A stretch of 54,001 nt of DNA, filler included, from Squatina squatina (taxonomy: Eukaryota), in assembly GCA_031763465.1 (NCBI GenBank). It is 3 parts of 3 records of this genome, joined end to end, with 100 filler letters (N's around TTAATTAATTAA, not from the genome) between each part and the next. Parts side by side here need not be neighbours in the genome. Positions count along the whole stretch, not along the records: positions 1 to 22,686 come from JARFOE010000046.1; positions 22,787 to 35,577 come from JARFOE010000163.1; 1 more part is not named here. The stretch is one strand, 5' to 3'. A program made the position numbers and the translations under genes. Shown piece by piece: positions 11,486 through 24,600 of the stretch. A model generated the notes under the pieces. It saw nothing but the letters and a program-made list of their open reading frames with translations, was not told the origin of the DNA and did not search any database. Position 1 is the first letter of the stretch; each line of letters opens with the position of its first letter.

Positions 11486-13386
11486 CATTACGTTTCAAAC
11501 GTAATTCTGCACTACAGACATTAACACAGCACTTAGATTTCTCTACAAGATAACAGAGCCCACAGTGGATGCCCCATTGTGCACAAGTGAAGCAAACTGC
11601 TCTTTAGAAAGTGTCGAGTCTTGCTTTACCCTTACCCCCAACAGGGCGTAATGTGCCATATCGAGGCATGCAACCTTACTCCAGTTCTCCCGCTGACACT
11701 GAATCTGTTGATGGGAATATGGCCCTTGGCTGAAACACTATAGTCATTTGTTTTTTAATGTGGAGAGGTTGTGCTTAAAAATTCTAATCATTCTTGAAAA
11801 GAAACAGGAGCTAGAACCCTTTCCTCCCTCGAAAGACAGTCATTCCAACAAGACAATTAATCAAAAGAATTATCAGTGACACAATTAGATGGCGATGTGT
11901 TGGAGTACACCATGTGGCGAGATTACCTGCTGTGAGAGAGAAGTCAGGTTGCCGCAGGGATCATTAAGCTATAACTGTGTACACATCGGCAGGGACTGGT
12001 TACATTAATGTTCCATTTACCTTGAAACAGAATGGTAACGTTTTCTGCACATAATATTCGTTAAAAAGCTTTCAGTGTGACTGGTGTTCAGCCCTGTGTG
12101 GAGCCCACTTCTGTTGGGTCAGTGGTTTCGCACCTAATTCATTTTGTTTGCTATTTCACTCTGGTGACAAAGCATTTATGAACATAGGACGAGAAATTGA
12201 TGTCCTTACCACCACCTGGTAGCGCCAGCGATGCATGAAATAATGGCGGCCGCCACTCGTGCGTCAGCTGGAGGCGGTCCCTGCGGCAGCTGCCATGTAG
12301 GTCGCCCCCTTTGNNNNNNNNNNNNNNNNNNNNNNNNNNNNNNNNNNNNNNNNNNNNNNNNNNNNNNNNNNNNNNNNNNNNNNNNNNNNNNNNNNNNNNN
12401 NNNNNNNNNNNNNTTGTGCCTGTACCTTCTCGGTTCAGACAATGCATTCCAGGTAATATTTTTCATCAATGCCCTGTGTTGTGTTGTTGACATGAAAGGT
12501 CAGATTATTAAATGCACAGTGTGCTTCATTAATTAATTTCAAAGGCTCAAACTATTGGAAGTATAGTTACTTGGCATGCAGGGAAGTCACATGATGCAAC
12601 CTTCCGGGTTACCTCCAATCAGAGATGGCGATCTTAGTCAGGATTGAATCGGGTTCGACTTTCCCAGTCTGCATGTCTCAGTGTTCTTACCAACTAAACC
12701 GTCACGTAATTTATTGACAACAGTAATTGATTTATCAGATTGAGGGCTCTTTATAGAAAAGAAAAGGGGACACTTTAATTGGAGGGAGAATCACAGGCAA
12801 CACTGGTGGGAATAACTATCGCTAACATGTCCTTTAAGGAAAACGGCCTTCAAGTGTCCTTGCAACAGAATACTTTATTTTTAAAATGAATTATTTAAAT
12901 TCCAGTTAAGTATTTCCAACAATTAATTTCGCATTTTCTACTTTCCTCTCAGCCAATCTAATTTGAAAAGCCTGAATGCCTCAAAGGAAATTCAGTTCTC
13001 AACGGGTTAATTGCCTGTATCTAAGCATTTTATTGATTAAGTTAATTGAGTGTAATGTGTTCGTTTAGATTTTTCTTGTTTCTCTCTGAGCGAGAAGCTT
13101 GTTCACATCCAGAAACCTAATTACTTCTCTTCCATCTGACTTACATCAATAAATTTCTTCTCACAAATCAAAGTCATACGAGGCATGGTGCCATTTTGAC
13201 TTTTTTCCAAGTGTAAGAGGTGCACGCAATACAGTTATTGCCTCCTTGCCCGGAGTCTTGCTGTGCTTCCCCCGCAGCCCGATTGANNNNNNNNNNNNNN
13301 NNNNNNNNNNNNNNNNNNNNNNNNNNNNNNNNNNNNNNNNNNNNNNNNNNNNNNNNNNNNNNNNNNNNNNNNNNNNNNNNNNNNNN

Positions 13387-13440
13387 CCTCTGTATCTGTT
13401 TTACAATATGGCGGCCAGAATTGTACGCTGTACTCCAAGT
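13387..13440 (-). mobile_element. CR1 RT C-terminal fragment
   Basis: Minus-strand LEYSVQFWPPY matches the CR1 LEYC.QFW.P motif. Confidence 0.7.
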
Positions 13441-13610
13441 CTTAAAGCAGGAGAGAGAGGTGGGGAGGTTTATCAAGGGAGGGAGTTTCGGAGCTTAGGG
13501 CCTAGGCAACTGAAGGCACAGCCACCGATGGTGGGGAATGAAAATCAGGGATGCCCAAGAGGCCGGAATTGGAGGAACATGGAGCTCTCACAGCGTTTTA
13601 GGGCTGGAGG
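13441..13610 (-). mobile_element. L2 LINE 3' fragment
   Basis: Reverse complement ctccagccct...gccttcagttgcctaggccctaagctccgaaactccct aligns with 6944-7075. Confidence 0.7.
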
Positions 13611-14041
13611 ATGGCAAGTTTTTGCACTCATTACCATAATTTTGATAGTATTCTTGGAACTCACCACTGTCTTCAGGCTCCCTGACTTCTATCAGTAAAG
13701 CTTAATTGAAGTTGGTGACATTTCCCTGCAAAACATACATGCATTAATTTGTGTCGGGTGCTATTACTCACAGATGTGTTAACATTGGAATGTGTGCCTG
13801 CTAATGGCTTTGCAATTAGGTTGGACTTGAACCAATAAGGCAAGAGAGCACAATGTTAATCTTATTAAAAAATAATTTGTACTAGAGCTCTGCAGGTTTC
13901 TAATGGAATTGTTATTAACTGCGTGTCTTGGTATTTCAATCNNNNNNNNNNNNNNNNNNNNNNNNNNNNNNNNNNNNNNNNNNNNNNNNNNNNNNNNNNN
14001 NNNNNNNNNNNNNNNNNNNNNNNNNNNNNNNNNNNNNNNNN

Positions 14042-14192
14042 TAGATTTCTAGATACTAAAGGCATCAAGGAATATGGGGAGAAAGCGGGAATATGGTGTT
14101 GAGATAGAGGATCAGCCCTGGTCATATTGAATGGTGGAGCAGGCTCGAAGGGCTGAATGGCCTAGTCCTCCTCCTATTTTTCATGTTTTCTG
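14042..14192 (+). mobile_element. CR1 (HER1-like) LINE 3' end
   Basis: attgaatggtggagcaggctcgaagggctgaatggcctagtcctcctcctattttt tail. Confidence 0.8.
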
Positions 14193-15309
14193 AACCAACA
14201 TTTTTCAATATAATTACTCAAGATTTAACCAAGTACATTGGGAATACTTGCTTCATTTGTACCACTTCACACAATTTTTGGAGTTGGGATACTATCGTAG
14301 CTAGTGGTTAAAAATAAATTTAAAAGAAAATGGAATTTATATAGTAGCTCAAGATACTTGCGTTGCAATGACTGTTATAATGTAGACCAGTGCAATCACT
14401 AATATGTGCACACCCTTCAAACAGGAATGCCTAGGCTCACAGGAAGGTTGACCATTTGGGTTGGATACTCGGTCGTTGGTGCCAGTAGAACAGAGAAAAA
14501 ATTGATGCCTTCAAGAGAGAAAATCATGATTTTATCCTGCTTCAGATGACTAATTTTAAGAACTTGGCTACAACATTTCAGGGAAATTCATGACTTCACT
14601 TATTTTAATCTGGCCAGAATCCTCAAAAACTGGACCACAGATCAAAGGCTTGTTGACAAATGACACTGCGCAATTGCTTGCTCAGTGAGGGGATGTAAAA
14701 GCCCACATACGTTTTTGGATCCAAGCACCAAAGTTAGAAGCTGATATTTCCTGTGCTAGAAACCACAATAGAGAAGTAGCAAAAACGGCTATTTCTCTGG
14801 AATCAATAAGAGTTGTAGCATTCAGCACAGCACAATGCAAAGACATAGCATCATACAGTGTTTGCTTAAGCAAGCTGCAACTGTGATCCAAAACATGTTT
14901 ATCTCTTGGTTTAAATAGTGTGCATAAATTGATGGTGTTTCATAACTGAACTGTATTCTGATTAAATAATAGGAACTGCAAATGAGAAATGTCAGTGCTT
15001 TGAGGGTTAGGCAATAATTTCCAATTGCAGCACCGGCTGCAGCAAACTTGCTAACTAACAGTTGTTGCTAGTGCAATTCGCGATTGAAGGAATTGTAATA
15101 TATACGCACTGATAGGGAATTCTTGTTTAACTTAGTCAGGTCCCTTGTCCAATGCACTCCCAACTATTCCAGTGCACTCCTGGNNNNNNNNNNNNNNNNN
15201 NNNNNNNNNNNNNNNNNNNNNNNNNNNNNNNNNNNNNNNNNNNNNNNNNNNNNNNNNNNNNNNNNNNNNNNNNNNNNNNNNNNTTTAGATATGCAGTTTA
15301 CGTATTAAA

Positions 15310-15385
15310 TCATAGAATCTTACAGCACAGAAGGCGGCCATTTGGACCGTCACACCCGTGTGGGCTCTTTGAAAGAGCTGCCCGA
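15310..15385 (-). mobile_element. CR1-type 3' tail, second subfamily
   Basis: Reverse complement aatggccgccttctgtgctgtaagattctatg; the same tail lies on the plus strand at about 34295-34330. Confidence 0.6.
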
Positions 15386-16186
15386 TTTGTCGGGGGAATC
15401 TGCTTCAACACTACTGAAGATTTTAAATCCACTTTCTGTTTTTGCAATTTTTTCTGAATGAAAATTGAGCCCCTGTGCAGTTACTAAGAGTTAATCAAAC
15501 TTTGCAGCATGTTTTATATAAAAAAAAAAGTTTTAATCATTGATGGTATTATTTTTGGTTGGGAGAAGTGATTGGGCTATTGAGATGATAATTGTTATGT
15601 AGATGCAATTTGTTCATTCGAAAAGAAAATATATTTAGTTCAGGTAAGGCATTCTGTCTCCTTTTAATTGTAATTGCAAATAGATTGCGGGGAGGTGGGA
15701 GGGGATGAAAAAGGATGTAGCAATTTCATACAGATGTAAGAATTGTGCAATGATAGGGGGAATATTCAAGACCTTGTAATTATGATAGTAGTTCATAGTA
15801 AAAATCATTTAAATTCTGTGGCATTATAGTATTCATGGTACATTTCACTCTTAATTTTGCATTGAAGATTGGTAATAGGTATATAATGGGTGGACTAAAT
15901 GTGGATCCTTCAAACAACCTAATGTGATTACCAATCAGTGTGTCTGCCTCATGCATACATTTCTCAAAATAAAGTGCTTATTCCATGACAGCAAATTATT
16001 CATTTTGCATAAAAAGTAAAGGCTTGTGTCTCAATGGTGCTGCTCCATTAGTTCCAGTATACTCCCACACTGAGGTCAGTGTGTTTNNNNNNNNNNNNNN
16101 NNNNNNNNNNNNNNNNNNNNNNNNNNNNNNNNNNNNNNNNNNNNNNNNNNNNNNNNNNNNNNNNNNNNNNNNNNNNNNNNNNNNNN

Positions 16187-16482
16187 CATTTCAGAGGGCA
16201 GATAAGAGTCAACCACATTGCTGTGGGTCTGAAGTCACATATAGGCCAGACCAGGTAAGGATGACGGATTCCCTTCCCGAAAGGACATTAGTGAACCAGA
16301 TGGGTTTTTACAACAATCCGATAGCTTCATGGTCACCATTACTGACACTAGCTTTTTTTATTCCAGATTATTTAACTAACTGAATTTAAATTCCACAGCT
16401 GCCGTGGTGGGATTTGAACTCGCTGTCCGTGGATCAATAGTCCAAGCCTCTGGATTACTAGTCCCGCAACTTAACAACTACG
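16187..16482 (-). mobile_element. tRNA-derived SINE family A, 5' part
   Basis: Reverse complement of the 9425-9725 body, including the B box (gggatttgaactc). Confidence 0.8.
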
Positions 16483-17459
16483 CTCCCGAGTCCCCTGTTT
16501 CTCCTCGTAACTTGAGCCTTAGAGCCCTGCTATTTGACACGGCCTGTATTAGTGTCTATATTGTATCATCAGTCTTGCTAAGTTAGACACCTGTGTTTTC
16601 CCCATCTCTTTTTCCCCCCCCAACCCCCTACCCAAACAGACTTCATCCTTTGCAGATGAAACTTTTCCCATCTGTTCTGCGTGAGTTACTATTCCAAACT
16701 TGAAGTCTGGCATGGGTATTGGAATTATCTCCCAGGAGTTCATGCATTATACAAAAACATCCCGTATGCAACTCTAACTAAGGGGATTGTCCTTTTCCTC
16801 CGGGCAACTTCCTTGTCTGCAGCAAGAATGCTAGGTCTGTCCCTGCTGCTATTTCCTTTTCAGTGTCCATGATGTTTTCTCTCGAGACACAACCAATGAG
16901 GGGGAAGCAGAAATCTGCTGTGCCTCACGACCCATTGTTATCCCTTATTCTGCTGAATGTGTGTGGATTTCATATGATTAATGCAGAAATGTGCCATCTT
17001 AGAGCTTTAAGGAGAAAAGTTTATGTTGTTTTTGAGTCAGATAATGAGCTGCTTTTTTTTTTAAACCAAAAACTAATTTTCAGTGTATCGGCGTGATTAG
17101 TGCATGCTATAATTTGTACTTCACTGCTGATGTTCTTGCAGCAGCTGATTCCAAATGTTGCTGAAAAGATACAAGAGGCAGAACCAACACAATTATCCAA
17201 CAACTGTTTGCTTTAGCAGCTGTTCTATTCACTGATCAGGAACAGTGCTGCTTTTATTTTTGTGCCTCTTTTTTTAAATACTTAAAGTGCTGCCAGTAAT
17301 GTTTCAATGCATTTTTCTTTCTGCTTCAGCAACAGTTTCGAAAACAACTTCATCTTGAANNNNNNNNNNNNNNNNNNNNNNNNNNNNNNNNNNNNNNNNN
17401 NNNNNNNNNNNNNNNNNNNNNNNNNNNNNNNNNNNNNNNNNNNNNNNNNNNNNNNNNNN

Positions 17460-17585
17460 CAGACTGGGCTTCGGTTGAATGTCTCATCCAAAAGAAGTCA
17501 CCTCTGACAGGGCACTACTCCCTGAGTACTGCGCTGGAGTGTCAGCTTAGATTTTGTGCTCCAGTCCCTGGAGTGAATCTTGAAG
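17460..17585 (-). mobile_element. DeuSINE (SacSINE1-like) fragment
   Basis: Reverse complement gcacaaaatctaagctgacactccagcgcagtactcagggagtagtgcc...ttggatgagacattcaaccgaag matches my recall of the Deu-domain SINE body; also seen at 35690-35850. Confidence 0.65.
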
Positions 17586-18419
17586 CAATGATTGGGCCAT
17601 GCCAAGTTAATGGAATGGCTTGTTGTTCTTGTGAATGTACCTGTCTTTAGTTGTCATCGCTTGTTTTCCACTCCAAATTCTGTATTTTGGATGGCAATTA
17701 GTAGTATATTAATACATAGTTAAGAAAATTCCATGATTACAAAATATTTGTATGCTACCTAGTTACACTTTGTGTTACACAGAGACTCGACAATGGGATC
17801 TCTTGTGAGTTCCAATTTTCTTTTCAGAAGTGCCAGTTCATTTTAGCATCTGTTTTTATCTTTTGAATATAATTTTTGTTAACTTTCATCTTTTCAGTAT
17901 TAACACACCCGTACAGAGGATAAATGCTGGGGAACGATGTTTAAAACAAAACTCAATTATGCAGACAGCATGATGCAAATGTCTAGTGCAAATTGTTTGA
18001 ACCATGTTCCTTTGAGGGTTACATCAATGTGTTTCCACCCAAAGTGCATCAAGCTGACAGGTTTTCAGTTTATTGAAAGACTGCTGTACATAAAAACCTG
18101 TTTAGTGGTTGCTTTTTTTCATCTTGGGTCTGGTTTGTAATTCCCAGAACAGTCATGTTGATGCTGGAAGATGTATAGTTTGAAAATAGTGAATGAAATT
18201 AATTACTCCTGAACTTCAACGTAGGGTAAGGGTTATGGTTGATGGTTCAAAGTAATATTCAGTAAATACTCAAGGATAGAGTCCTATAGATTCACGATCC
18301 TCGAGTGTTCATGTGAGAAATGCTGCCTTATGTAATCAAATAAAAATCTTTAAAATTCACTGTAGGCTTATTGACACATCCATTTTTTAACCCATCCACC
18401 TCTTCTATGAGGTCTGGTA

Positions 18420-18694
18420 TAGAAAGGTAACATCTCCGAGAGTTGTCGGGGCCTGGAATGCCTGACCTAAAAAGGTGGTGGAAGCGGATTCCATGAATAA
18501 TTTTAAAAGGGAGTTGGGNNNNNNNNNNNNNNNNNNNNNNNNNNNNNNNNNNNNNNNNNNNNNNNNNNNNNNNNNNNNNNNNNNNNNNNNNNNNNNNNNN
18601 NNNNNNNNNNNNNNNNNNAGCCCAATCGACCCACTCTCTCTCCATACGTCAGTCCTGCCATCCCAGGAATCAGTCTGGTGAACCTTCGGTACCA
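18420..18694. mobile_element. CR1 fragments either side of a gap (plus-strand piece 18420-18518, minus-strand piece 18619-18694)
   Basis: Plus strand WNA*PKKVVEADSMNNFKREL and minus strand RRFTRLIPGMAGLTYGERVGRLG are both CR1 ORF2 C-terminal motifs. Confidence 0.7.
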
Positions 18695-19203
18695 ATGTCC
18701 GCATCCTTTCTCAAAGCCAACATCCCCAGCATTGTGCATGACCAGTGCCTCAATCAGCTGCAATGCGTGGGCCACGTCGTCCGCATGCCTGATACAAGAT
18801 TCCTGAAACAAGCACTCTACTCTGAGCTTCACCACGGCAAGCAATTGCCAGGAGGGCAGAGGAAACGCTTCAAGAACATCCTCAGGGCCTCCCTGAAAAA
18901 ATGTAACATTCCCACCGACTCATGGGAATCTCTGGCCCAAGATCGCCTGAACTGGAGGAGAAGCATCCGCAAAGGCGCCAGCCATTTTGAGCTTCTCAGC
19001 GGGAGCACGAGGAGGCCAAGTGGAAGGAGTGTGTGAAAATCCGAGCATCCCACCCACTCGCGCCATCAAACACCACCTACGCCACTTGTGGACGAGTTTG
19101 CAGATCCAGTCTAGGACTATTCAGTCACCTCCGAACCCACAGCTCCAGAGAGGAAGCCAGTCATCCTCGACCCCAACGGACAGCCTAAGAAGATGATGAT
19201 GAT
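18695..19203 (+). mobile_element. RTE-clade LINE, 5'-truncated
   Basis: QLQCVGHVVRMPDTRFLKQALYSELHHGKQLPGGQRKRFKNILRASLKKCNIPTDSWESLAQDRLNWRRSIRKG; same family as 8130-8568; (GAA/GAT)n tail. Confidence 0.9.
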
Positions 19204-21589
19204 TCTGTGCAACACCATGGAGCAAAGGGAGCCAAACTGAATCGTGCACATTTACCCTGTCATTGTCCACTAACCCTTGTAGCATCTTTACAGTACTGCG
19301 AGCTGCCATTCGGCAAACTAAATAAGACAATGCTGAGACCCCTCTAAAGAGGGAGGTTTCCCCAGTGGTTCCAAAGGCAGCCAAACCCCTGTTGGCGAGT
19401 GTTAACACTGGTGTTGGAGGAATAGGCCACCAGCTGAGTAACTAGCTCACTCATCGGTTTTGCACTCGCTGGCTTGTACTTGCCGACTCAACCATAGGAG
19501 ACAGCTGGACAACAAAGTTGCTGATTGAACAATCGTGTTTGTGCAGGTATCTGTAATCAGGGGTATGTAGGATCTGCTCCAGAACATCAAAGCTTCAGGC
19601 TATCTTTGTAAACGACCTCTTGTAGTGCTTGTGGAATAGGAAGAGGGTGATAAAGAGGACACTGTGGCCGGTCAAGAGTGGCATTATGGCCAGGAAGTAG
19701 GATGCCTAACCTAAACTTGGTCATGCATACTTATCCACATACCTAAAGCAACAACCGTGAAAGAAGATGGAAGAAATAAGAGTAAGGATATGCCCATTCA
19801 CAAAATGGGTAGCATAGCCTCAAACCAAGAAGCAGCATAAGTGCTTAGAATATAGCTTCCCAATCTTAAATATAAAACTACAATATATAATCTGGCACAG
19901 ATCAAACACTGGAGCACTGAGAGACAATAGATGGTTTAAATTATCCTTCTTCCGAGTAATAATTTAGGAAACTTGATCTTCTGTTGTATGCCAAATCCAA
20001 CATCAGGTTAACTGCGCTACAAGCAAGGGCTGCAGGATTGACACTATTTTATAAGTATCATAAAATCATGAGCATGTGCCAGAATTGCCCCTTGGTTATA
20101 TTCCAAGCTCCACACTCGCCTGCTACATTTTTTTTTAATTCTTCAATCCATCGAAAAAATCTAGCTCACGAGAAAAGCACTTTTGGTAGTGGGGGAGGAA
20201 GGAGTTGATGCAAACAATACATTGGTCTTCTACAAACATTTGTTGTAAGCTTGAATTTCTATTCATTATTTTTTTTTAAAAAGTGTTCCCGTTTGTGTTT
20301 GTTACATGACCAAAGCAAAATGGTGACGACTTAATGTATTCCCTAGCCTATTGGAACAATACAGTCCGATTTGAATAAACATATTTTCTGGACTGCTGCT
20401 TCTGTTGAACTCTATATTCAGTGCATCAGTCTCCTGCCAAGTTGAGCAGCATCTGGGTAGCAGTGGAGGGTCTGTTGAGGTTAAATGGCTCTATTGGGAA
20501 TGTGAGAGTGATGCAGTGATGGGGACAGCTGATCTTTGTAGAAAACTGTGGTGCTGTAAAGAAATGTTTACATAAAACTCAGCATCGATTATAAAAGAAA
20601 AATGTTGGAGCGAGATGGGGTGAAGAGATCCTTTCCGCATAAAGTATTTATCTCCTTTGTCACCCTTTTAATGGGAGGAAAAAAAAACTTTTTTTCCCCC
20701 TGTGGAGCAGTGTTTTTGTGCTAATCCTTTATCCACAGATTTGGAAGACAAAGGCATGACGAGAACAGATGTGCTCAATTGATGTCACCACTTGGTCGGT
20801 CAGGGAGCATCTCTTCGGGGAATTGCAGATTTCTTCTGCTCTTCTTACAAATTTTCTCATGCCAATCGTGTGCAGTAATTAGCACCGTTAACCCAAGTGT
20901 TGCTCCATTTGCAACTAACCAGCAGCACATGGTACTGCTTAAGGAAATGAGTTACAGCGCAGATTTGGCGCGGAATTTTCTCTGGATGCTAATCTTCATA
21001 TTGCTTGATTAGCCTTTTCACCAGCGTAACCTGTGGCTGACGTCAGCTAGTTGTCTCCACTCTCATGACCGTTCCCGGAGTTTGAGTTGGCAGAGTGTGA
21101 CAGATTACCTGTATTTACATTGCTAACGCCGGCCACTGTATCCCTTTAGCAGAATCGTAGACCCAAGTCTTGTCATCGAGATCAGGGCGTGTGTTTCTGC
21201 AATGTAAGTACAGGGAACTGCAGCATGGACACTGCACTACTGTTACACAAGGTGTAGAAATGCCACGCACAAAGGCAATTTTTCACTCAGAGTTATCTTT
21301 ACAATGAAGATTTAACCCATGTGCAACATGAGGGAGCAAATATTTTACACTTTTCCAATATTTTACACCTCTTCCTTTCATCCCATGAGTGAAATTTTGA
21401 TCTATCAATAGGTCAACAAAATATTTCACACACTTCCATCCACAGTTCTGAATCTAGCCCAAGTCCATCTTTCCAGAGCAATTGGTATTTGTCGTTAGAC
21501 CAATCTATATTTTTGCCAATCTCCATCTTCGCATTTATATATCAACTTTACAATGCATCTGTCAAATCGCCGGTGACGTGGAGTGGAAA

Positions 21590-21900
21590 TGCAGCACATG
21601 GTATGTTACGGAGACATGCAAACCAAGAAGGTTCGACATTGAATCTCTGGTCTGTGCTGAGTTGGTCGGCCTCAGCCTGGCTGGAAACGGTACAGTTTCA
21701 GTACACTCCGGCCTGGGAAGGTACAAGTCAGTGATGTTTTTCATCCGTGGCTTACTGTCCAGTGATTGCTGCGGGGACATAGGTATGCAGGTGTATATAT
21801 TGGGCAGGAATAGATCTGAGCTATAGTGTCCACTATGATCAAATCGTCCACAGCCACTCACTTTCTGAGCTCACAAATTAAGAATACAGGCAGGGGGAAG
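21590..21900 (+). mobile_element. Old SINE-like repeat, family unassigned
   Basis: ccaagaaggtt...ctggtctgtgctgagttggtcggcctcagcc resembles my recall of an old elasmobranch SINE; heavily diverged. Confidence 0.35.
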
Positions 21901-22686
21901 TACTTGAGTATTGGTTTTNNNNNNNNNNNNNNNNNNNNNNNNNNNNNNNNNNNNNNNNNNNNNNNNNNNNNNNNNNNNNNNNNNNNNNNNNNNNNNNNNN
22001 NNNNNNNNNNNNNNNNNNTGTCCATTGAGTTTGCACAGAACACTGGTTCTTGGTAACTGTGTGACGACATTCTGGTCATGAATATTCTCTTTGGATTGGT
22101 TGCTTAACATAGCTCTGCTCCAAGTGATTCTGTCCTTGCCCTTCTCCAAGTCGCCCCAAGCCCTTGGACCTGTCAACTCTGATTATTAGCTTCAAGTTCT
22201 CCCCGGCCCACTCTACATTTTCCAGATCACATGTCGTGTGCAGGGATAGCTACACTGGTACAACCTAAATCTGGAACAAATTGTGACTTGGGAAATTGAA
22301 TGCCAGAGACCTGCTTATATTGAATTTCTCCACATGTGTGTGGATTTGACTACACTAATGCACTTTTCTGTTTTTAATTGGAGTTTGGGAAGCCGGAAAA
22401 GATGGAAACGAATTTTAGTTTTGTCTGTAGGCATCGCAGTGGGAGATAATTAAGTAAAGGGTATAAATAATCAGGATCTTACTGAAACGAAATGCCTCAG
22501 GACAGGACTGACCTATATTTCAGTTTGCCATGCTCTTGTGTTTTTTTTTTCTCCTGACGTCAGTAATGTACATGCATTTGTGTTCAATGTATTCACATCA
22601 GTCAGATGTTTTTTCGGCTCCAACTTTCTCCCCACTCCTCTCCTAACATAATGCAGGATTTCTAATCTGTCTGACAGCTGTTGAGG

Positions 22687-22786
22687 NNNNNNNNNNNNNN
22701 NNNNNNNNNNNNNNNNNNNNNNNNNNNNNNTTAATTAATTAANNNNNNNNNNNNNNNNNNNNNNNNNNNNNNNNNNNNNNNNNNNN
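22687..22786. other. Artificial scaffold-joining linker (44 N + TTAATTAATTAA + 44 N)
   Basis: Palindromic 12-mer with stop codons in all six frames at 22731-22742, centred in exactly 100 positions; identical to 35578-35677. Confidence 0.97.
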
Positions 22787-22862
22787 GACCTCCTCAAAAA
22801 AATCAACTAGATTAGTTAGACATGACCTGCCCTTCACAAATCCATGCTGACTCACTCTGATC
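22787..22862 (-). mobile_element. CR1 RT fragment
   Basis: Minus-strand SQHGFVKGRSCLTNLVDFFEEV is the CR1 QHGF..GRSC.TNL motif. Confidence 0.85.
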
Positions 22863-23134
22863 AGTTGGGGAGAGGAAAGTGAATCAAGTTAGTTGAATAA
22901 AGTGAAATCCTATGAAATAAATTTACAACAAGCATGTTGTCATGTTACTGCTTTATGATAAACATCTCTTCAAATTACAAAATGTTTCTAAATAAAAAAA
23001 AGTTAGAGCTTTACAGTATTCAGGCTGGAGTTGAAAAATAAACGTCATTAAAATCAGAATATGGTGACTGTCAAAATATTAGGATGCTTTTTGCAAATCT
23101 GATCCTCAAATGAAGCTGTCTGTACAGTACAAGT

Positions 23135-23140
23135 TTTATT
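23135..23140 (-). terminator. Candidate polyadenylation signal AATAAA of the unidentified gene
   Basis: tttatt on the plus strand, about 58 nt past the TAA stop at 23198-23200. Confidence 0.4.
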
Positions 23141-23197
23141 CTGGCAGTTTTCCAAAATCACATGACAAAATCTAATTTTGAAAGATAGGCATGGTAT

Positions 23198-23270
23198 TTA
23201 AGGAATCTTGTCAACTTCAGGCTGCACTAGCCTTTCTGCAAAGAATTCCTTCAGTAAATCTTCAAAGGTC
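23198..23270 (-). CDS. Terminal coding exon of an unidentified gene: (R)TFEDLLKEFFAERLVQPEVDKIP*
   Basis: Acceptor ctaac...ttgtgttgcaacag|G; its phase completes the AG| left by exon 24601-24743; open to TAA. Confidence 0.75.
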
Positions 23271-24600
23271 CTGTTGCAACACAATGTTATGTTAGGATTC
23301 TGCAGTCACACTACAAACAGGAGTTTGAAGTTTAGAGATTATACTGGCGATTTTGGAAATAAATGTATAACTGCAAGACTTGATCTTGCTGATCAAGATA
23401 ATTAATCATACGGAGCAGGCTTGGCAAGCACATTGAACAATGCCACTTTAGTCTTCTGCACATCATGAGACTCAAAGTATGCGACTTATCTGCGCACACT
23501 CTTAAGTGGACAAATAACACCAGTGAAAGTGACCACGACATGCAACTACTAACCTGTGTATTAAATTTGTCAGTGGTTCGATGAGTTTTTTTCCCAGCCG
23601 TGGCTCAAGTGGGGTAAGGGCTCCAAACTAACAGAAAAGTAGGTGTTAGCACAACATGACAAGCTTACTGTAGCTGAACATATAATCAGCATTCAAAAAT
23701 GTGACTTAAAATTATCAGACAATTTGAACATCTAACAAAAATCTTGTACTAAATACTACCATGAGCAGTTCAGCATCAAATATCACAAGGCTCTATAATC
23801 CAGTTGGTTCCATTTCCACAATAAAACTCAAGGTCACCAATATAACCAAAACAAAGGAGCTGAACAGTCCATAAATTATCGGATCAATACCATTTTAAAA
23901 TCTGACAAACTAAGTTGCGATTGCTAAAGGAACTGAATCTTCAGCACAATTCCTTCAAAATTATTTTCAACTTGCTTTGCAGAATCAGATTTGCTGGTAT
24001 TTTCTGCATTTACTGATAATTTGACGGTTTGACGCCATCGGATTCACTTTTTTTTTCGACAAGAGTCCTTTCACGANNNNNNNNNNGACATATAGATCCA
24101 TTTGCATCATAGTAGGTTGTTTCCGATCCTGTTTACACATCACCCAAAACAAACGATTTGAATTACCATGTAACGAGTGAGACACCAGCCAGGGTTTCAA
24201 CCCAAAAATCCATTTGGAACTGTGGTGTGTGTCCCCAACTTACATTTTCAGAATTATTCATGACAAATTCTCAAATCTGCACAGGAAAATATTTTCTACA
24301 GGATGCTGATGTTGCCCAGTTTTTTTTTTAAAGTTGGTCAGGACTCTACCATGATCTGAAACAAGTCTCAAACTCCCATCTTGTCCAGATTAACTAGATC
24401 TTACATTTAACTCAATTCCAGCACCTTAAAAGAGTTGGGTTTTCTAAAAAGTTCAGCATCAACAGAAAAAAAGTTCACAATGTTGCAGTACCTAGAAAAG
24501 ATTTAAATATTATAAAATGTAATGCATCTTCACCTCGTACACTAACACTGCTTCTGACTGTTATTTGCCACTATTTATTCTTCAGTAGCAGCGGCCTCAC

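Noticed and set aside
15630-15650. ttcag|gtaagg as a recursive splice site
   Set aside because: The upstream sequence is purine-rich with no proper polypyrimidine tract, and no host gene is established.
22731-22742. TTAATTAATTAA as a biological palindrome or homeodomain site
   Set aside because: It is centred in symmetric N padding and repeated identically at 35622; it is an assembly linker.
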